A stretch of DNA of 64,000 nucleotides from Clostridiales bacterium (GCA_004558525.1 SFCQ01000003.1:61038-125037); one strand, 5' to 3'. Counted from the stretch's first letter, positions 1 through 10,052 are shown. Program-made: numbers and translations. The notes: generated by a model not told the origin, from the sequence alone.

Positions 1-695
1 GCAAGGCCCTTTATAAAGCCGTTCAGCGCGTGCGCGATGCCGGCGGTGAACAGCAGCGCCGCCGACTCGCCGAGTATCCTGCCGACGGAGAGTATGCAGC
101 CGGTTATCACGCCGTCCACACAGCCGGGCAGCACAACGGTGCGTATCACCCTCCATTTGCCTGCGCCTAGGCCAAACGCGCCCTCCCTGTAGCTTTGCGG
201 AACGGTCTTTAAGCTTTCCTGCGTGGTGCGCATCACCGTTGGAAGGTTCATTATAACAAGCGTGAGCGCGCCCGCTATAAGCGAGGTCTTAAGCTTCAAA
301 AACTCGCAGAAGAACAGCATGCCGACAAGCCCATATATTATGGAGGGTATTCCGGAAAGCGTTTCCGCGGTGTACTCTATGGCGGCCGCTATCCTTTTGT
401 TCGTGGCATACTCGTTCAAGTATATCGCCGCGCCAACTCCAAGCGGAAGCACGATAACAAGGGTAGCTATAACGACATATACGCTGTTGAGTATATCCGG
501 CAAAATGCCTATGGTATCGTCAAGTATGCTCGGTGCGGTAGATATAAGCTGCCAGGAAATATTGGGTATGCCCTTATAAAGCACATAGCCCGTCAGGAAC
601 AGTACCAGCGCCCCTATTATGCCTGCCGAAAGCCACATCAGAAGCTTCATCACCAATATATAGCCCCTGCGCTTTAAGGTGAGCCTTTTGTGCAT
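1..695 (-). CDS. pstA: Phosphate ABC transporter permease PstA (partial; C-terminal end runs off the window)
   Basis: My own minus-strand translation from ATG 695..693 gives MHKRLTLKRRGYILVMKLLMWLSAG...YTAETLSGIPSIIYGLVGMLFF...GRILGESAALLFTAG, a PstA-type permease. It starts 3 nt after the pstC stop. It is absent from the ORF track because it runs off the window. Confidence 0.85.
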   Translation of the reverse strand, partial: MHKRLTLKRRGYILVMKLLMWLSAGIIGALVLFLTGYVLYKGIPNISWQLISTAPSILDDTIGILPDILNSVYVVIATLVIVLPLGVGAAIYLNEYATNKRIAAAIEYTAETLSGIPSIIYGLVGMLFFCEFLKLKTSLIAGALTLVIMNLPTVMRTTQESLKTVPQSYREGAFGLGAGKWRVIRTVVLPGCVDGVITGCILSVGRILGESAALLFTAGIAHALNGFIKGL

Positions 696-697
696 AA

Positions 698-1564
698 TCA
701 AACCTCCTTCTCCCTTTTCAAGAAGAAATTGAGCGCCGCATTTATCATCATTATGAATACGAACAGCACCAGCGCTATGGACATAAGCGCCTGCCTCTGC
801 AAGCCGCCGGAATACGCCATCTCGCTTGCCACCGCGGTGGTAAGGAACCTTACGCTCTGGAAAAGGCTCGGCATGTTGGATACATTGCCCGATACCATCA
901 TTACCGCCATGGCCTCGCCTATGGCCCTGCCCACGCCAAGCACCACCGCCGCCGCAATGCCGCTTTTTGCCGCGGGGACGGATACCTTAAAGTATGTTTC
1001 TACATCAGTAGCGCCAAGCGCAAGCGACGCGTCCTCATATTCCTTCGGCACGGCCTCAAGCGCGGTCACGGATACCTTTATTATTGAAGGCAATATCATT
1101 ATCGCAAGCACTATTATCGCCGCAAGCAGGCTTGCGCCATCCGGCACGCTAAAAAGCTTCCTTATGCCCGGCACAAGCACCAGCATGCCGACAAGACCGT
1201 ATACCACGCTCGGTATGCCCGCAAGCAGGCTGACAGCGCTCAGTATCAGCTTTTTGAGCCTTTTTGGCGCAAGCTTGGCTATGTATACCGATGCCATGAA
1301 TCCGACCGGTACGCCAAGCACTATCGCGCCGCATGTGCCATAAACGCTTGTAAGTATAAACGACAGTATGCCGTATGAAGGCTCGGCAGCCGTGGAAGCC
1401 CATGTTTTGCCGAACAGGAACGGCACGAGGCCTATCTGTTTTATTGCTGGTATGCCGGATATAACAAGGTACGCCGTTATAAGCAGCACGCAGCCCACGG
1501 TTATCAGCCCCAGCACAAGGAATATGCCGTGTACGATGGTCTCAAACGCTCTTTTGTTCTTCAT
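698..1564 (-). CDS. pstC: Phosphate ABC transporter permease PstC
   Basis: ORF 698..1594 trimmed to ATG 1564 (MKNKRAFETIV), with AGGAG upstream. Multi-TM permease with an EAA-type loop (EDASLALGATDVETYFKVSVPAAKSGI). Lies between pstS and pstA. Confidence 0.9.
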   Translation of the reverse strand: MKNKRAFETIVHGIFLVLGLITVGCVLLITAYLVISGIPAIKQIGLVPFLFGKTWASTAAEPSYGILSFILTSVYGTCGAIVLGVPVGFMASVYIAKLAPKRLKKLILSAVSLLAGIPSVVYGLVGMLVLVPGIRKLFSVPDGASLLAAIIVLAIMILPSIIKVSVTALEAVPKEYEDASLALGATDVETYFKVSVPAAKSGIAAAVVLGVGRAIGEAMAVMMVSGNVSNMPSLFQSVRFLTTAVASEMAYSGGLQRQALMSIALVLFVFIMMINAALNFFLKREKEV

Positions 1565-1641
1565 ATAGCATATTCTCCTACAAAACCAACGCAATGCTTC
1601 TGGGCGGCTTTTCGGGCCGCCCGTGTATTGCTCATGCTTTA

Positions 1642-2448
1642 TCAGTTTGCGGGTACCGCGCCTGCCTTGGCAATAAGTTCCGCCGCACCGGCTGAGGTAG
1701 CGTAGTCAAAGAAGCTCTGCGCCGCGTTGGAAAGCGCTTCGCCTTCCTTTGTTACCAGCACGAACGGGCGCTGCACAAGATATGTGCCGTCCTTAACGGT
1801 CTCTTCAGTGGCGGCTACGCCGTTTACGGTTATCGCCTTTACGCTATCCTTAAGCGAAGCGAGCGACGCATAGCCTATCGCGTTGGGATTCTGAGTGACC
1901 GTTGTTATAACGTCGCCTGTCGAGGTAAGCTCCTGGCGGTATTTGCAGACGTCCTTTGTGCCGGTTATGGACTCAAAGCCGTCCCTTGTGCCGGAGCCCG
2001 CCTCCCTGCCTATAAGCACTATCTCGGCATCGCTGCCGCCAACGTCCTTCCAGTTCGCGATAGCGCCTGTGTATATCTTGGCTATGGTTTCTATATCAAG
2101 ATCATCTATCCGATTTTCGGGATTTACTATTATCGCTATGCCGTCGTAGGCAAGCACAGTCTCCTTCAAGCCCTCGGCCTTTTCCTCGTCCTTAAGCCTC
2201 CTGCTGGAAAGCCCTATGTCGCAGCGCCCTTCAAGCACGGCCTTTATGCCGGAGCCGGAGCCCGTGGGGTTGTAGGTGAAGGTAACGTTTTCGTTGTCCC
2301 TCATAAACGATTCGCCAAGCGCGCCTATCACCTTTTCCATTGATGTCGAGCCGTCGGTAGATACCGTAGCGCCCTGCTCCCCAGCGCAGGCGGTAAGCAT
2401 TATGGCTGAGCAAATTGCCGCAAGCACCATGCACATTATCTTTCTCAT
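1642..2448 (-). CDS. pstS: Phosphate ABC transporter substrate-binding lipoprotein PstS
   Basis: Lipoprotein signal MRKIMCMVLAAICSAIMLTAC. PstS-like motifs TGSGSGIKA and GREAGSGTRDGF. First gene of the pstSCA operon. Confidence 0.9.
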   Translation of the reverse strand: MRKIMCMVLAAICSAIMLTACAGEQGATVSTDGSTSMEKVIGALGESFMRDNENVTFTYNPTGSGSGIKAVLEGRCDIGLSSRRLKDEEKAEGLKETVLAYDGIAIIVNPENRIDDLDIETIAKIYTGAIANWKDVGGSDAEIVLIGREAGSGTRDGFESITGTKDVCKYRQELTSTGDVITTVTQNPNAIGYASLASLKDSVKAITVNGVAATEETVKDGTYLVQRPFVLVTKEGEALSNAAQSFFDYATSAGAAELIAKAGAVPAN

Positions 2449-2514
2449 TTCTGTTCTCCCCTTTCAATTACCTTTATATTTTGTTCTTACGGTTATTATA
2501 AGGATACTCATCCG

Positions 2515-2547
2515 GTGTAAAATCAAAAAGAACAGTATTGTAAAATC
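2515..2547 (-). promoter_or_regulatory. Candidate Pho-box-like direct repeats upstream of pstS
   Basis: Minus strand reads TTTACA-atact-GTTCTT-tttga-TTTTAC with 11-nt periodicity, just upstream of TTATAAT. This resembles Firmicute PhoP TT(A/T/C)ACA boxes. Judged by eye only. Confidence 0.25.
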
Positions 2548-2647
2548 CATGTCAAATCCTGTTTGGGCATATCCGTGCAAATAAGTGTGGCTTAGGAATA
2601 TGAGGTCGAGTATAATAATAGCATAAGCATTAAGGAGGCATTATCGT

Positions 2648-3145
2648 ATGGAACGCATATTTTTTGCAAAGGTAAAGGGAAACGCCCGCATACCTTCAAA
2701 AAGGGATGAGGACGCAGGCTATGATGTATATGGGCTTATAGAAGAGCCGTATATTACCCTACAGCCGCATGAAACACGGCTGATTCCAACCGGCATAGCC
2801 TCCGCATGCCCGCAGGGTTACTATTTTCAGCTTCAGGAAAGGGGCTCCACAGGCACAAAGGGCATCTCCCAAAGGTGCGGCGTTATAGACAGCGGCTACC
2901 GCGGGGAGTGGTTCCTGCCCATAACCAATCTCAATTCGGTGCCTGTGATGCTAAAGGCCCCTGATACTAAGCTGCCTTTTAACGAGGCCGATTATCACGG
3001 CATAATATATGATCTATCCAAGGCGCTTGCGCAAGCCGTGCTGCTGCCCGTTCCCAAGACAGAGGTAACGGAGCTTAGCTATGACGAGCTTTTATCCATA
3101 AAATCACAGCGAATGGCGGGCAGCATAGGCAGCAGCAACAAGTAA
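2648..3145 (+). CDS. dut: dUTP diphosphatase
   Basis: 165 aa with trimeric dUTPase motifs (DAGYDV, GVIDSGYRGE). RBS AAGGAGG lies upstream. Confidence 0.85.
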   Translation: MERIFFAKVKGNARIPSKRDEDAGYDVYGLIEEPYITLQPHETRLIPTGIASACPQGYYFQLQERGSTGTKGISQRCGVIDSGYRGEWFLPITNLNSVPVMLKAPDTKLPFNEADYHGIIYDLSKALAQAVLLPVPKTEVTELSYDELLSIKSQRMAGSIGSSNK

Positions 3146-3172
3146 GCTTATAAGCGTTTGCACCTTTATTGT

Positions 3173-3733
3173 TTATCTTCTGTTGGAGCATTTGAAGCAT
3201 TGCCTCATTATGCCGCACGCCATGTAGTCCGCCATCTGCAATGCTTCTTTTTCTATTTCGTCAAACGTAGCTATATCCCGGGCAAATTGGCAGCTCAGCC
3301 TTTCGCTCGCCTCCCTTTCGGTAAGTTCAAGATGAAAGTATAGCATGTTCCTCCATTCATCCTCGTACCAGAACCTGTTTATGGATGCAAGAAAGCTGGC
3401 TATCTCGTCTGCGTTTTCATACCAGCGGTCCCTTGCGTCGCCGGTTTTTTGGCTGTTCTCCGCCTTAAGCGCGTTTACAAGCTCGCCGCTTATTTCAAGA
3501 TGCTCTGTCAGCAGGCTGCCGAAGCATTCCGACTTTGCCGTGCCGTAAAAGGGCATAAGCGCAACGGTAAAGTCCTTTGGGTTCCGCAAAAGCCTTTTTG
3601 TCACCTCATCCAGATCCTTCAGGCAGGCAGCGGTGCTTATAATAAAAAATCTTGTCCAGTAAACGTGCTACTCCCACAGCAGCCTCATATCGTTGGTTAT
3701 AGAAGTGTTGTTATTGTTGCAGCATCTTTGCAT
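3173..3733 (-). pseudogene. Conserved Firmicute helical protein (family often mis-annotated as acetylglutamate kinase) interrupted by an in-frame TAG at 3670..3668
   Basis: ATG 3733 follows RBS AAGGAGGGT and encodes MQRCCNNNNTSITNDMRLLWE-TAG-HVYWTRFFIISTAACLKDLDEVTKRLLRNPKDF. This continues in the same frame into ORF 3173..3604 (WYENADEIASFLASINRFW...FDEIEKEALQMADYM). The stop replaces the Q/E of the LWE(Q/E)HVxWTR motif that I recall from homologues. Confidence 0.6.
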
Positions 3734-3900
3734 GCTTATCACCCTCCTTATTCGATATGAGCATAATATGCAGCGACGCCAGCTTTGGTTATTGACGATA
3801 GCTTTCTTTTTTATGTGCCGCGGCAAATTTGATATTGTGTAGTGTTATTTCACAGAGGTGCTATTTCACTTGCTCCGTCAGCAGCAGTTTTAATTAAGAA

Positions 3901-3926
3901 AGGACTTGCACAAACAAGTCCTTTTT
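3901..3926. terminator. Hairpin terminator next to the tRNA-Trp 3' end
   Basis: AGGACTTG-cacaaa-CAAGTCCT followed by TTTTT on the plus strand and TTTCTTAATT on the minus strand. Confidence 0.6.
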
Positions 3927-3928
3927 CA

Positions 3929-4002
3929 TGGCAGGGGCAGAAAGACTCGAACTCTCAAGAACGGTTTTGGAGACCGCTATGTTACCATTACATCATGCCC
4001 CT
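3929..4002 (-). tRNA. tRNA-Trp (anticodon CCA)
   Basis: The reverse complement folds as a cloverleaf: acceptor AGGGGCA/TGCCCCT, anticodon loop CTCCAAA, T loop TTCGAGT, encoded CCA end. A TTGACA-17-TATAAT promoter lies upstream on the minus strand (about 4015-4045). Confidence 0.9.
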
Positions 4003-4144
4003 ATCGGCGACTTGATTATTATAGCATCTATGTCTTTTGATGTCAACGCAAAATAATATATGCGCGTTTGTGAACACATGTGCATGCCACTTGCCGCGGC
4101 AGCATATTCTGCGGTATAATTAGCGCGAAAAGGAGCTAATCCGT

Positions 4145-5077
4145 ATGTTTAACTACGTTGCCGGCATAGGCGCCGCAAATCTTGATATAAACGGGCGCAG
4201 CATAAACCCCGTTGTCCTGCGCGATTCAAACCCGGGCGTTCTTTCGTCCTCTGCCGGCGGAGTAACGCGGAATATACTTGAAAACCTGAGCCGTATGGGC
4301 GTTAAAACTGAGCTTATGAGCGCGATAGGCCATGATGCTTTCGGCGAAAGGATAATAGAAAGCTGCAAAAGTGCAGGCATTGGCACGGAGCATGTCCTGC
4401 GGATAAAGGATCACTTTAGCTCAACATATATATCCGTGTTGGATGATTCCGGCGATATGCTTATCGGCATGAGCGATATGCGCATACTAAAAAACATTCC
4501 GGACAAATATATTGAAGCTAATATCAGCCTTATACAAAACGCCGGGGCAATAGTATTGGACGGCTGCCTTATGCCGAAAACCATAGACGCTATCTTATCC
4601 GCCGCAGGCAAAACGCCCGTGTTTGCGGACCCCGTCTCCACTGCGTATGCTAAGACGATACAGCAGTTCTGCCCGCGGCTCTATCTTGTAAAGCCTAATC
4701 TTATGGAGCTTGAGATATTGAGCGGAATGTCCGTAGAGTCGGATACGGATATACGCATGGCGGCAGACAGGCTTATAGACGGCGGCACGCGCGCCGTGGC
4801 GGTAAGCCTTGGCAAAAGGGGCTGCTATTATTGCGATGCGGAAGGGACGAGCATGTTCCGCGCGCTTAAGCCGGTAGACGCTATGCAAAATGCCACCGGC
4901 GCGGGAGACGCGTTTATGGCAGGCCTGATAAAGGGCCACATGGACCGCCTTGACAAGGCCGGCATGCTTGACCGCGCGCTTGCAGCGGGCATAGCGGCAA
5001 CGCTTTCAAGCTCGACCATCAACCCGGATATGAGCGAGGAGCTTATAAACAGCATAATCAAACAGTATACGATATAA
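4145..5077 (+). CDS. psuK: Pseudouridine kinase (PfkB/ribokinase family)
   Basis: 310 aa PfkB-type kinase with the C-terminal GAGDAF motif. It sits directly upstream of psuG, the YeiC/YeiN-type pairing. Confidence 0.75.
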   Translation: MFNYVAGIGAANLDINGRSINPVVLRDSNPGVLSSSAGGVTRNILENLSRMGVKTELMSAIGHDAFGERIIESCKSAGIGTEHVLRIKDHFSSTYISVLDDSGDMLIGMSDMRILKNIPDKYIEANISLIQNAGAIVLDGCLMPKTIDAILSAAGKTPVFADPVSTAYAKTIQQFCPRLYLVKPNLMELEILSGMSVESDTDIRMAADRLIDGGTRAVAVSLGKRGCYYCDAEGTSMFRALKPVDAMQNATGAGDAFMAGLIKGHMDRLDKAGMLDRALAAGIAATLSSSTINPDMSEELINSIIKQYTI

Positions 5078-5090
5078 GGAGAGTGCAAAA

Positions 5091-6011
5091 ATGGAACTGA
5101 ACAAATATATTGACATTCAGCCGGAGGTGGCGCAGGCGTTAACTGAAAATGAGCCTGTTGTGGCGCTTGAAAGCACTATACTGAGCCACGGCATGCCCTA
5201 TCCTGAGAACCTGAGCTTTGCCGCCGAAGTTGAGCGCACCGTAAGGAGCGAGGGCGTGATACCCGCCACCATGGCCATAGTTGGCGGCAGGATAAAGATA
5301 GGCCTTGGCAAAGATGAGCTTGAGCTTATGTGCAGGGCCAAAAACGTAGGCAAGGTAAGCAGGCGCGATTTTGCAATATACGTTGCAGAGGACAAGGACG
5401 GCGCTACAACAGTTGCAAGCACCATGATGTGCTGCGCATATGCCGGAATACAGGTGTTCGCCACCGGCGGCATAGGCGGCGTACACAGGCATGGCGAGGT
5501 CACTATGGATGTATCTGCCGACCTTCAGGAGCTTGCGCACACAAACGTTGCCGTTGTTTGCGCCGGCGCAAAGCAGATACTTGATATAGGCCGCACACTT
5601 GAATACCTTGAAACCATGGGCGTTCCGGTTATAGGCAACGGCACGGCTGACTTTCCGGCATTTTATTGCAGGAAGAGCGGCTTTGGCGTAGACTATGCTG
5701 CAAAGGACGAAGCTGATATAGCAAAGCTTATACACACAAAGCAGGAGCTTGGCCTTAAAGGCGGCATGCTTATAGGCAACCCCATACCGGAAGAGTACGC
5801 AATGGACTTTGACTATATGGAGCAGGTGATACAGAAGGCGCTTAAGAGAGCAGATGAGGCCAACATACACGGTAAGGAGATAACTCCCTTCCTGCTTGCG
5901 AGCATAAAGGACATAACAGGAGGGGCCGCGTTCGAAGCCAACGTAAAGCTTGCGCTGAACAACGCCAAATGCGCCGCCAGGATAGCCAGAGCCTTGAGCG
6001 ATATGGAGTAA
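5091..6011 (+). CDS. psuG: Pseudouridine-5'-phosphate glycosidase
   Basis: 306 aa of the PsuG/YeiN (indigoidine synthase A-like) family: VALESTILSHGMPYPENL, TGGIGGVHRHGE. Confidence 0.85.
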   Translation: MELNKYIDIQPEVAQALTENEPVVALESTILSHGMPYPENLSFAAEVERTVRSEGVIPATMAIVGGRIKIGLGKDELELMCRAKNVGKVSRRDFAIYVAEDKDGATTVASTMMCCAYAGIQVFATGGIGGVHRHGEVTMDVSADLQELAHTNVAVVCAGAKQILDIGRTLEYLETMGVPVIGNGTADFPAFYCRKSGFGVDYAAKDEADIAKLIHTKQELGLKGGMLIGNPIPEEYAMDFDYMEQVIQKALKRADEANIHGKEITPFLLASIKDITGGAAFEANVKLALNNAKCAARIARALSDME

Positions 6012-6028
6012 AAAAGCATATATACAGC

Positions 6029-6055
6029 AAAAAGCCCCAATATTTGGGGCTTTTT
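6029..6055. terminator. Bidirectional intrinsic terminator after psuG
   Basis: AAAAAGCCCCAA-tat-TTGGGGCTTTTT: a perfect stem flanked by A and T runs. Confidence 0.8.
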
Positions 6056-6254
6056 GCCTGTTGATAAGTCCTGGGGTTGATAAGGGGCCGCAGCCCCTTA
6101 TGTTCAATCCGGCTCTGACGGCATGCACGTCAGAACGGATGAAAACCTTCAGGTTTTCGTACCTTGCGGGTTTTGCCGCCCGGGAGCTAATGCGAGAGGC
6201 AAAACCCGTGAAAACTCGAAAAAGTGGCGTTCAGCCACTTGTTCTTGATGCCGA
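6056..6254 (+). mobile_element. Repeat family copy A (MITE-like structured element, degenerate 3' end)
   Basis: Shares the 36-nt run GGTTTTCGTACCTTGCGGGTTTTGCCGCCCGGGAGC and the same hairpin order with copies at 23349, 27605 and 30983. Its end abuts the kbl stop codon. Confidence 0.8.
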
Positions 6255-7436
6255 TTACAGGCCCATTTCCTCTTTTACTTCCTTGAAGCACTTAACCGCA
6301 AACTCAAGATCCTCCCTGCTGTGTCCGGCGGATACCTGGGTGCGGATACGCGCCTTGCCCATAGGCACAACGGGATAGCAGAAGCCTATAACATACACGC
6401 CCTTTTCAAGCATGCGCGCCGCAAATTCCTGAGCTGTGCGCGCATCGTAGAGCATAACAGGCACTATCGGGTGCGTGCCAGGCAGCACGTCAAAGCCGAG
6501 CTTGCCAAGCTCGTTGCGGAAGAAGGCGGTGTTTTCATGCACCTTGTCGCGCAGCGCGGTGGAGGCGGTGAGCATCTCCAGCACCTTAAGACTTGCCGCG
6601 CAGATGGCCGGAGCCAGCGCATTGCTGAAAAGATAGGGGCGGCTGCGCTGCCTTAGCAGATCGACTATCTCCTTCTTTGCGCAGGTGTAGCCGCCGCTCG
6701 CGCCGCCAAGCGCCTTGCCGAGGGTGCCGGTTATTATGTCAACGCGGCCCATAACTCCGCAGGCCTCAGCCGTGCCTCTGCCATGCTCGCCCATGAAGCC
6801 GACGGCGTGGGAATCGTCTACCATCACAAGCGCGCCATACTCGTCCGCAAGGTCGCATATTGCGGGAAGGTTGGCTATATAACCGTCCATGCTGAATACG
6901 CCGTCAGTCGCTATCAGCTTTATACGGCAATCCTTGGCAGCCTCAAGCTGAGCCTTAAGATCTTGCATGTCATTGTTCTTGTAACGGAAGCGCTTTGCCT
7001 TGCAAAGGCGGATGCCGTCTATAATGCTTGCATGGTTCAGCTCGTCTGATATTATTGCGTCGTCAGCGCCAAGCAGCGTCTCAAACAGTCCGCCGTTAGC
7101 GTCAAAGCAGGAGGAGTAGAGTATGCAGTCCTCTGTGCCGACAAATTCGGCAAGCTTCTTTTCAAGCTGCTTATGTATATCCTGCGTACCGCATATGAAG
7201 CGCACACTGGAAAGGCCAAAGCCCCACCTGTCATAGCTTTCCTTGGCGGCCTCTATAAGCTCCTTGTTGTTGGAAAGGCCAAGGTAATTGTTGGCGCACA
7301 TGTTAAGCACGCCGTTAGTAGTCGTAGTGTCTATCCTGGCGCGCTGCTCCGTGGTTATTATGCGCTCGTCCTTATAGGTACCGGCCTCGCGTATGCCCTC
7401 AAGCTCTTTTGCATAGATCTCGTATGCGTTTTTCAT
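6255..7436 (-). CDS. kbl: Glycine C-acetyltransferase (2-amino-3-ketobutyrate CoA ligase)
   Basis: 393 aa PLP-dependent alpha-oxoamine synthase: [27 protein letters not shown]. Lies downstream of tdh. Confidence 0.9.
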   Translation of the reverse strand: MKNAYEIYAKELEGIREAGTYKDERIITTEQRARIDTTTTNGVLNMCANNYLGLSNNKELIEAAKESYDRWGFGLSSVRFICGTQDIHKQLEKKLAEFVGTEDCILYSSCFDANGGLFETLLGADDAIISDELNHASIIDGIRLCKAKRFRYKNNDMQDLKAQLEAAKDCRIKLIATDGVFSMDGYIANLPAICDLADEYGALVMVDDSHAVGFMGEHGRGTAEACGVMGRVDIITGTLGKALGGASGGYTCAKKEIVDLLRQRSRPYLFSNALAPAICAASLKVLEMLTASTALRDKVHENTAFFRNELGKLGFDVLPGTHPIVPVMLYDARTAQEFAARMLEKGVYVIGFCYPVVPMGKARIRTQVSAGHSREDLEFAVKCFKEVKEEMGL

Positions 7437-7454
7437 ATTTGCCTGCCTCCTTTT

Positions 7455-8495
7455 TTATTTGCTCCAGTCAAGTATTACCTTGCCGGAATGTCCGCTGTTC
7501 ATGGCCTCAAAGCCCTTTTCAAATTCGGTATAGTGGTAACGGTGTGTTATTATCGGCGTAAGGTCAAGGCCGGCCTGTATCATGGCTATCATCTTATACC
7601 ATGTTTCAAACATCTTGCGGCCGTAAATGCCCTGTATGCTCAGGCCCTTGAATATAACGTCGTTCCAGTCTATTATGGTGCCTGGTCCGGCTATGCCGAG
7701 CAGGGCCACCTTGCCGCCGTTGCGCATGGATTTAAGCAGCTGGTTAAGCGCCTTCCCGTTGCCGCTCATCTCAAGGCCAACGTCAAAGCCTTCCACCATG
7801 TTGTGCTCAGCCATAGCGTCCTCAAGCTTTTGATTCGTAAGGTTAACGGTGGCGGTCGCGCCCATCTTCTTGGCTATGCTCAGCCTGTAATCGTTAACGT
7901 CGGTTATTATGATGTTCCTTGCGCCGTTCTGGCGGCATATGCCAACGGCCATCATGCCTATCGGGCCTGCGCCGGTTATAAGCACATCCTCGCCGACAAC
8001 GTCAAACATCGTGGCCGTGTGCGTGGCGTTGCCATAAGCATCGAAGAAGGCTATTATCTCCTCCGGAATATCGTCCGGCATGGCTATAACATTGGTCTTG
8101 GGTATGCATACGTATTCGGCGAATGCGCCGTCCCTATCCACGCCGACGCCCGTGGTGAACTTGCACCACTGTCCGTTGCCTGCGCGGCAGTTGCGGCAGT
8201 GGCCGCAAACTATGTGGCCTTCTCCTGAAACGAGCTGCCCAACATGATACTCCGTTACGCCAGGGCCAAGCTTGGCTATTTCGCCAACATACTCATGGCC
8301 TATGGTCATAGGAGGCTTGATGTGCTGCTGGCTCCAGGGATCCCAATTGTAGATATGTACATCCGTACCGCAAATAGCTGTTTTATGGATCTTTATCAGT
8401 ACCTCGCCTATACCCGGCTCCGGCACAGGCACCTGCGTCAGTATTAGTCCTTTTGCACACTCAGGTTTAACAAGCGCATCCATCATTTTCTGCAT
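7455..8495 (-). CDS. tdh: L-threonine 3-dehydrogenase
   Basis: 346 aa Zn-dependent dehydrogenase: [24 protein letters not shown]. Forms an operon with kbl. Confidence 0.9.
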   Translation of the reverse strand: MQKMMDALVKPECAKGLILTQVPVPEPGIGEVLIKIHKTAICGTDVHIYNWDPWSQQHIKPPMTIGHEYVGEIAKLGPGVTEYHVGQLVSGEGHIVCGHCRNCRAGNGQWCKFTTGVGVDRDGAFAEYVCIPKTNVIAMPDDIPEEIIAFFDAYGNATHTATMFDVVGEDVLITGAGPIGMMAVGICRQNGARNIIITDVNDYRLSIAKKMGATATVNLTNQKLEDAMAEHNMVEGFDVGLEMSGNGKALNQLLKSMRNGGKVALLGIAGPGTIIDWNDVIFKGLSIQGIYGRKMFETWYKMIAMIQAGLDLTPIITHRYHYTEFEKGFEAMNSGHSGKVILDWSK

Positions 8496-8692
8496 ACTAT
8501 TAACCTCGCTGAATTAAGAAGTGTTACGGCGCGTCCACGCTGTACAGACATATTATACTTTCTATTTCAGCATAAATCAATCCCATAGGCCCGTTTTTTC
8601 AAGGCCTGCATTATGTATTCGCTGATTTATTTTAATCTTAGTATGCAGTTATGCAATTTTTGTCCGCGTGCAACGTACACATGTACGTCAAA

Positions 8693-9904
8693 CTATTTTG
8701 AGTACAAATATGTAAGCTCACCGGATTTATTAACAAGAGAGTATTCGCCGTTGCGGCTGACCACAGCATAGCCATCGCTGAACGGTCCAGCCGTATCGAA
8801 CTGAGGCTCAACTATGTACAAGCCTGTTGTGTTTATGTAACCCCAAAGCTCGCTTGCAGCATCTGCAACGGCGGCGGCGCCGTTTGAAAAGGAGGCCGCA
8901 TCGCTGTACTTATTGGCAATCTCAAGCGAGCCTTTTGTGTTTATGTAGCCCCACTTTCCGTCTATCTTCACCGCCGCATAGCCGTTTTTGAAGCTCAAAC
9001 CGTCCTGATAGCGCGTTTTATACGCAGTCTGCGCCTTGCTGTTGAAATAGTAAACCTCGCTGCCGTCATGTATAAGCGCATAGCCTTCGCTATAAGCGGT
9101 ACCATGCTGCTTGGAGCTTAATGTGGCTATCTTCTCCCCCACCTTGTCTATTATATAGCTATTGCCGTTAGCGGAGCGTGCAAACGCCACGTCCGCACCG
9201 TAATCGCTTACAGCCGCCCACTTTTGCGACACCGCGACATCGCCGTTAACATCTATGAACCCATATTCGGAGCCGGAGCGCGCCATTGCCCTTCCGCAGT
9301 GAAAATCGCCCACTTCCCTGAAGCTATAGTCTATTATCAGCTTGCCCGTTCTGTCTATATAGCCCCATCTGTCGCCCGATTCAACCGCGGCCTTATCCTC
9401 GCTGAATATGCTCACATGCTCCCATGCAGGCTCCGCAAGCCATGCGCCCGACCTGTTTATAAGCCCGAACATTCCGTTCTGCGCGGCGAAGGCAACATCG
9501 CCGTCAAACTCATATGCTTCTGAAAACACAGCCTCTATTACCACCTGGCCGGAGGTGTTCTTATAGCCCCAAAGCCCGTTTGCTTCGGCATACGGCACCA
9601 GCCTTCCTGAATTGGAGGGCTTTGGCGTTTGAGTAGGCTCGGCCTGGCCCGAAGCTGATTCGGGTGTTTTTTCAGGCTCCGTATTCTGCGTATCGCCGCT
9701 CTGCTCAGGCGCGGCGGGCGTTGCGGGGGCGGCATCAGCCTGACCCGTAAGCATATTGACGCCGCCGCCTTTATAAAAAGCGGCGTAAAGCAGGCTTGCT
9801 ATTACAAGCGCTGCAATAAGTATAAGATGCGGCTTAATAGCCCTTATCATTTTGTTTGAATTATTTGAACGGCTTTTGCCCGTTTTATATCCCGAGTTAT
9901 CCAT
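8693..9904 (-). CDS. Membrane-anchored WG-repeat (KWG-type) protein
   Basis: N-terminal TM segment (LILIAALVIASLLYAAF), a Pro/Thr/Glu-rich linker, then about 10 repeats of the form WGYxNxxGxxxIxxxF. Confidence 0.7.
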   Translation of the reverse strand: MDNSGYKTGKSRSNNSNKMIRAIKPHLILIAALVIASLLYAAFYKGGGVNMLTGQADAAPATPAAPEQSGDTQNTEPEKTPESASGQAEPTQTPKPSNSGRLVPYAEANGLWGYKNTSGQVVIEAVFSEAYEFDGDVAFAAQNGMFGLINRSGAWLAEPAWEHVSIFSEDKAAVESGDRWGYIDRTGKLIIDYSFREVGDFHCGRAMARSGSEYGFIDVNGDVAVSQKWAAVSDYGADVAFARSANGNSYIIDKVGEKIATLSSKQHGTAYSEGYALIHDGSEVYYFNSKAQTAYKTRYQDGLSFKNGYAAVKIDGKWGYINTKGSLEIANKYSDAASFSNGAAAVADAASELWGYINTTGLYIVEPQFDTAGPFSDGYAVVSRNGEYSLVNKSGELTYLYSK

Positions 9905-10052
9905 AATAAGCTATATCCTAACAAAAACAGTTTTGTATATGAATTTTATCAGATATGCATGCCAAAATAAAGAGCAAATGCACTTTTTTGGCTCAGCCTA
10001 CAAGGAATAGTGTCGCGGCTTATGGCAAAAGCTAATGCCGAGGTGAAAAGAG

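Noticed and set aside
3668-3670. Pyrrolysine or programmed amber read-through as the explanation for the in-frame TAG.
   Set aside because: No pyl genes or suppressor tRNA are in the window, and feoA (10845) uses TAG as an ordinary stop. It is kept only as a low-probability alternative in the finding.
3835-3854. A Rex-operator-like sequence, TTGTGTAGTGTTATTTCACA, and a general search for Rex boxes upstream of hyd, adh and nfnA.
   Set aside because: The half-site spacing is wrong (6-7 nt instead of 4). It lies upstream of the TAG-interrupted gene, not a redox gene. No better match was found by eye.
5139-6128. Long antisense ORFs opposite well-supported genes. Examples: 5139-6128 (-), 7173-8228 (+), 23767-24834 (-), 25148-26149 (+), 39334-40269 (+), 61694-62830 (+).
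   Set aside because: Each lies entirely opposite a gene with clear family motifs. Their translations are low-complexity and Ala/Arg/Tyr/His-rich with no recognisable domains. They are a compositional artefact of the GC-rich third codon position.
8673-8688. The palindrome ACGTACA-CA-TGTACGT between the WG-repeat gene stop and the tdh promoter region.
   Set aside because: It is a single short dyad with no second copy, no adjacent regulator and no T-tract. I cannot distinguish an operator from a weak terminator or chance.
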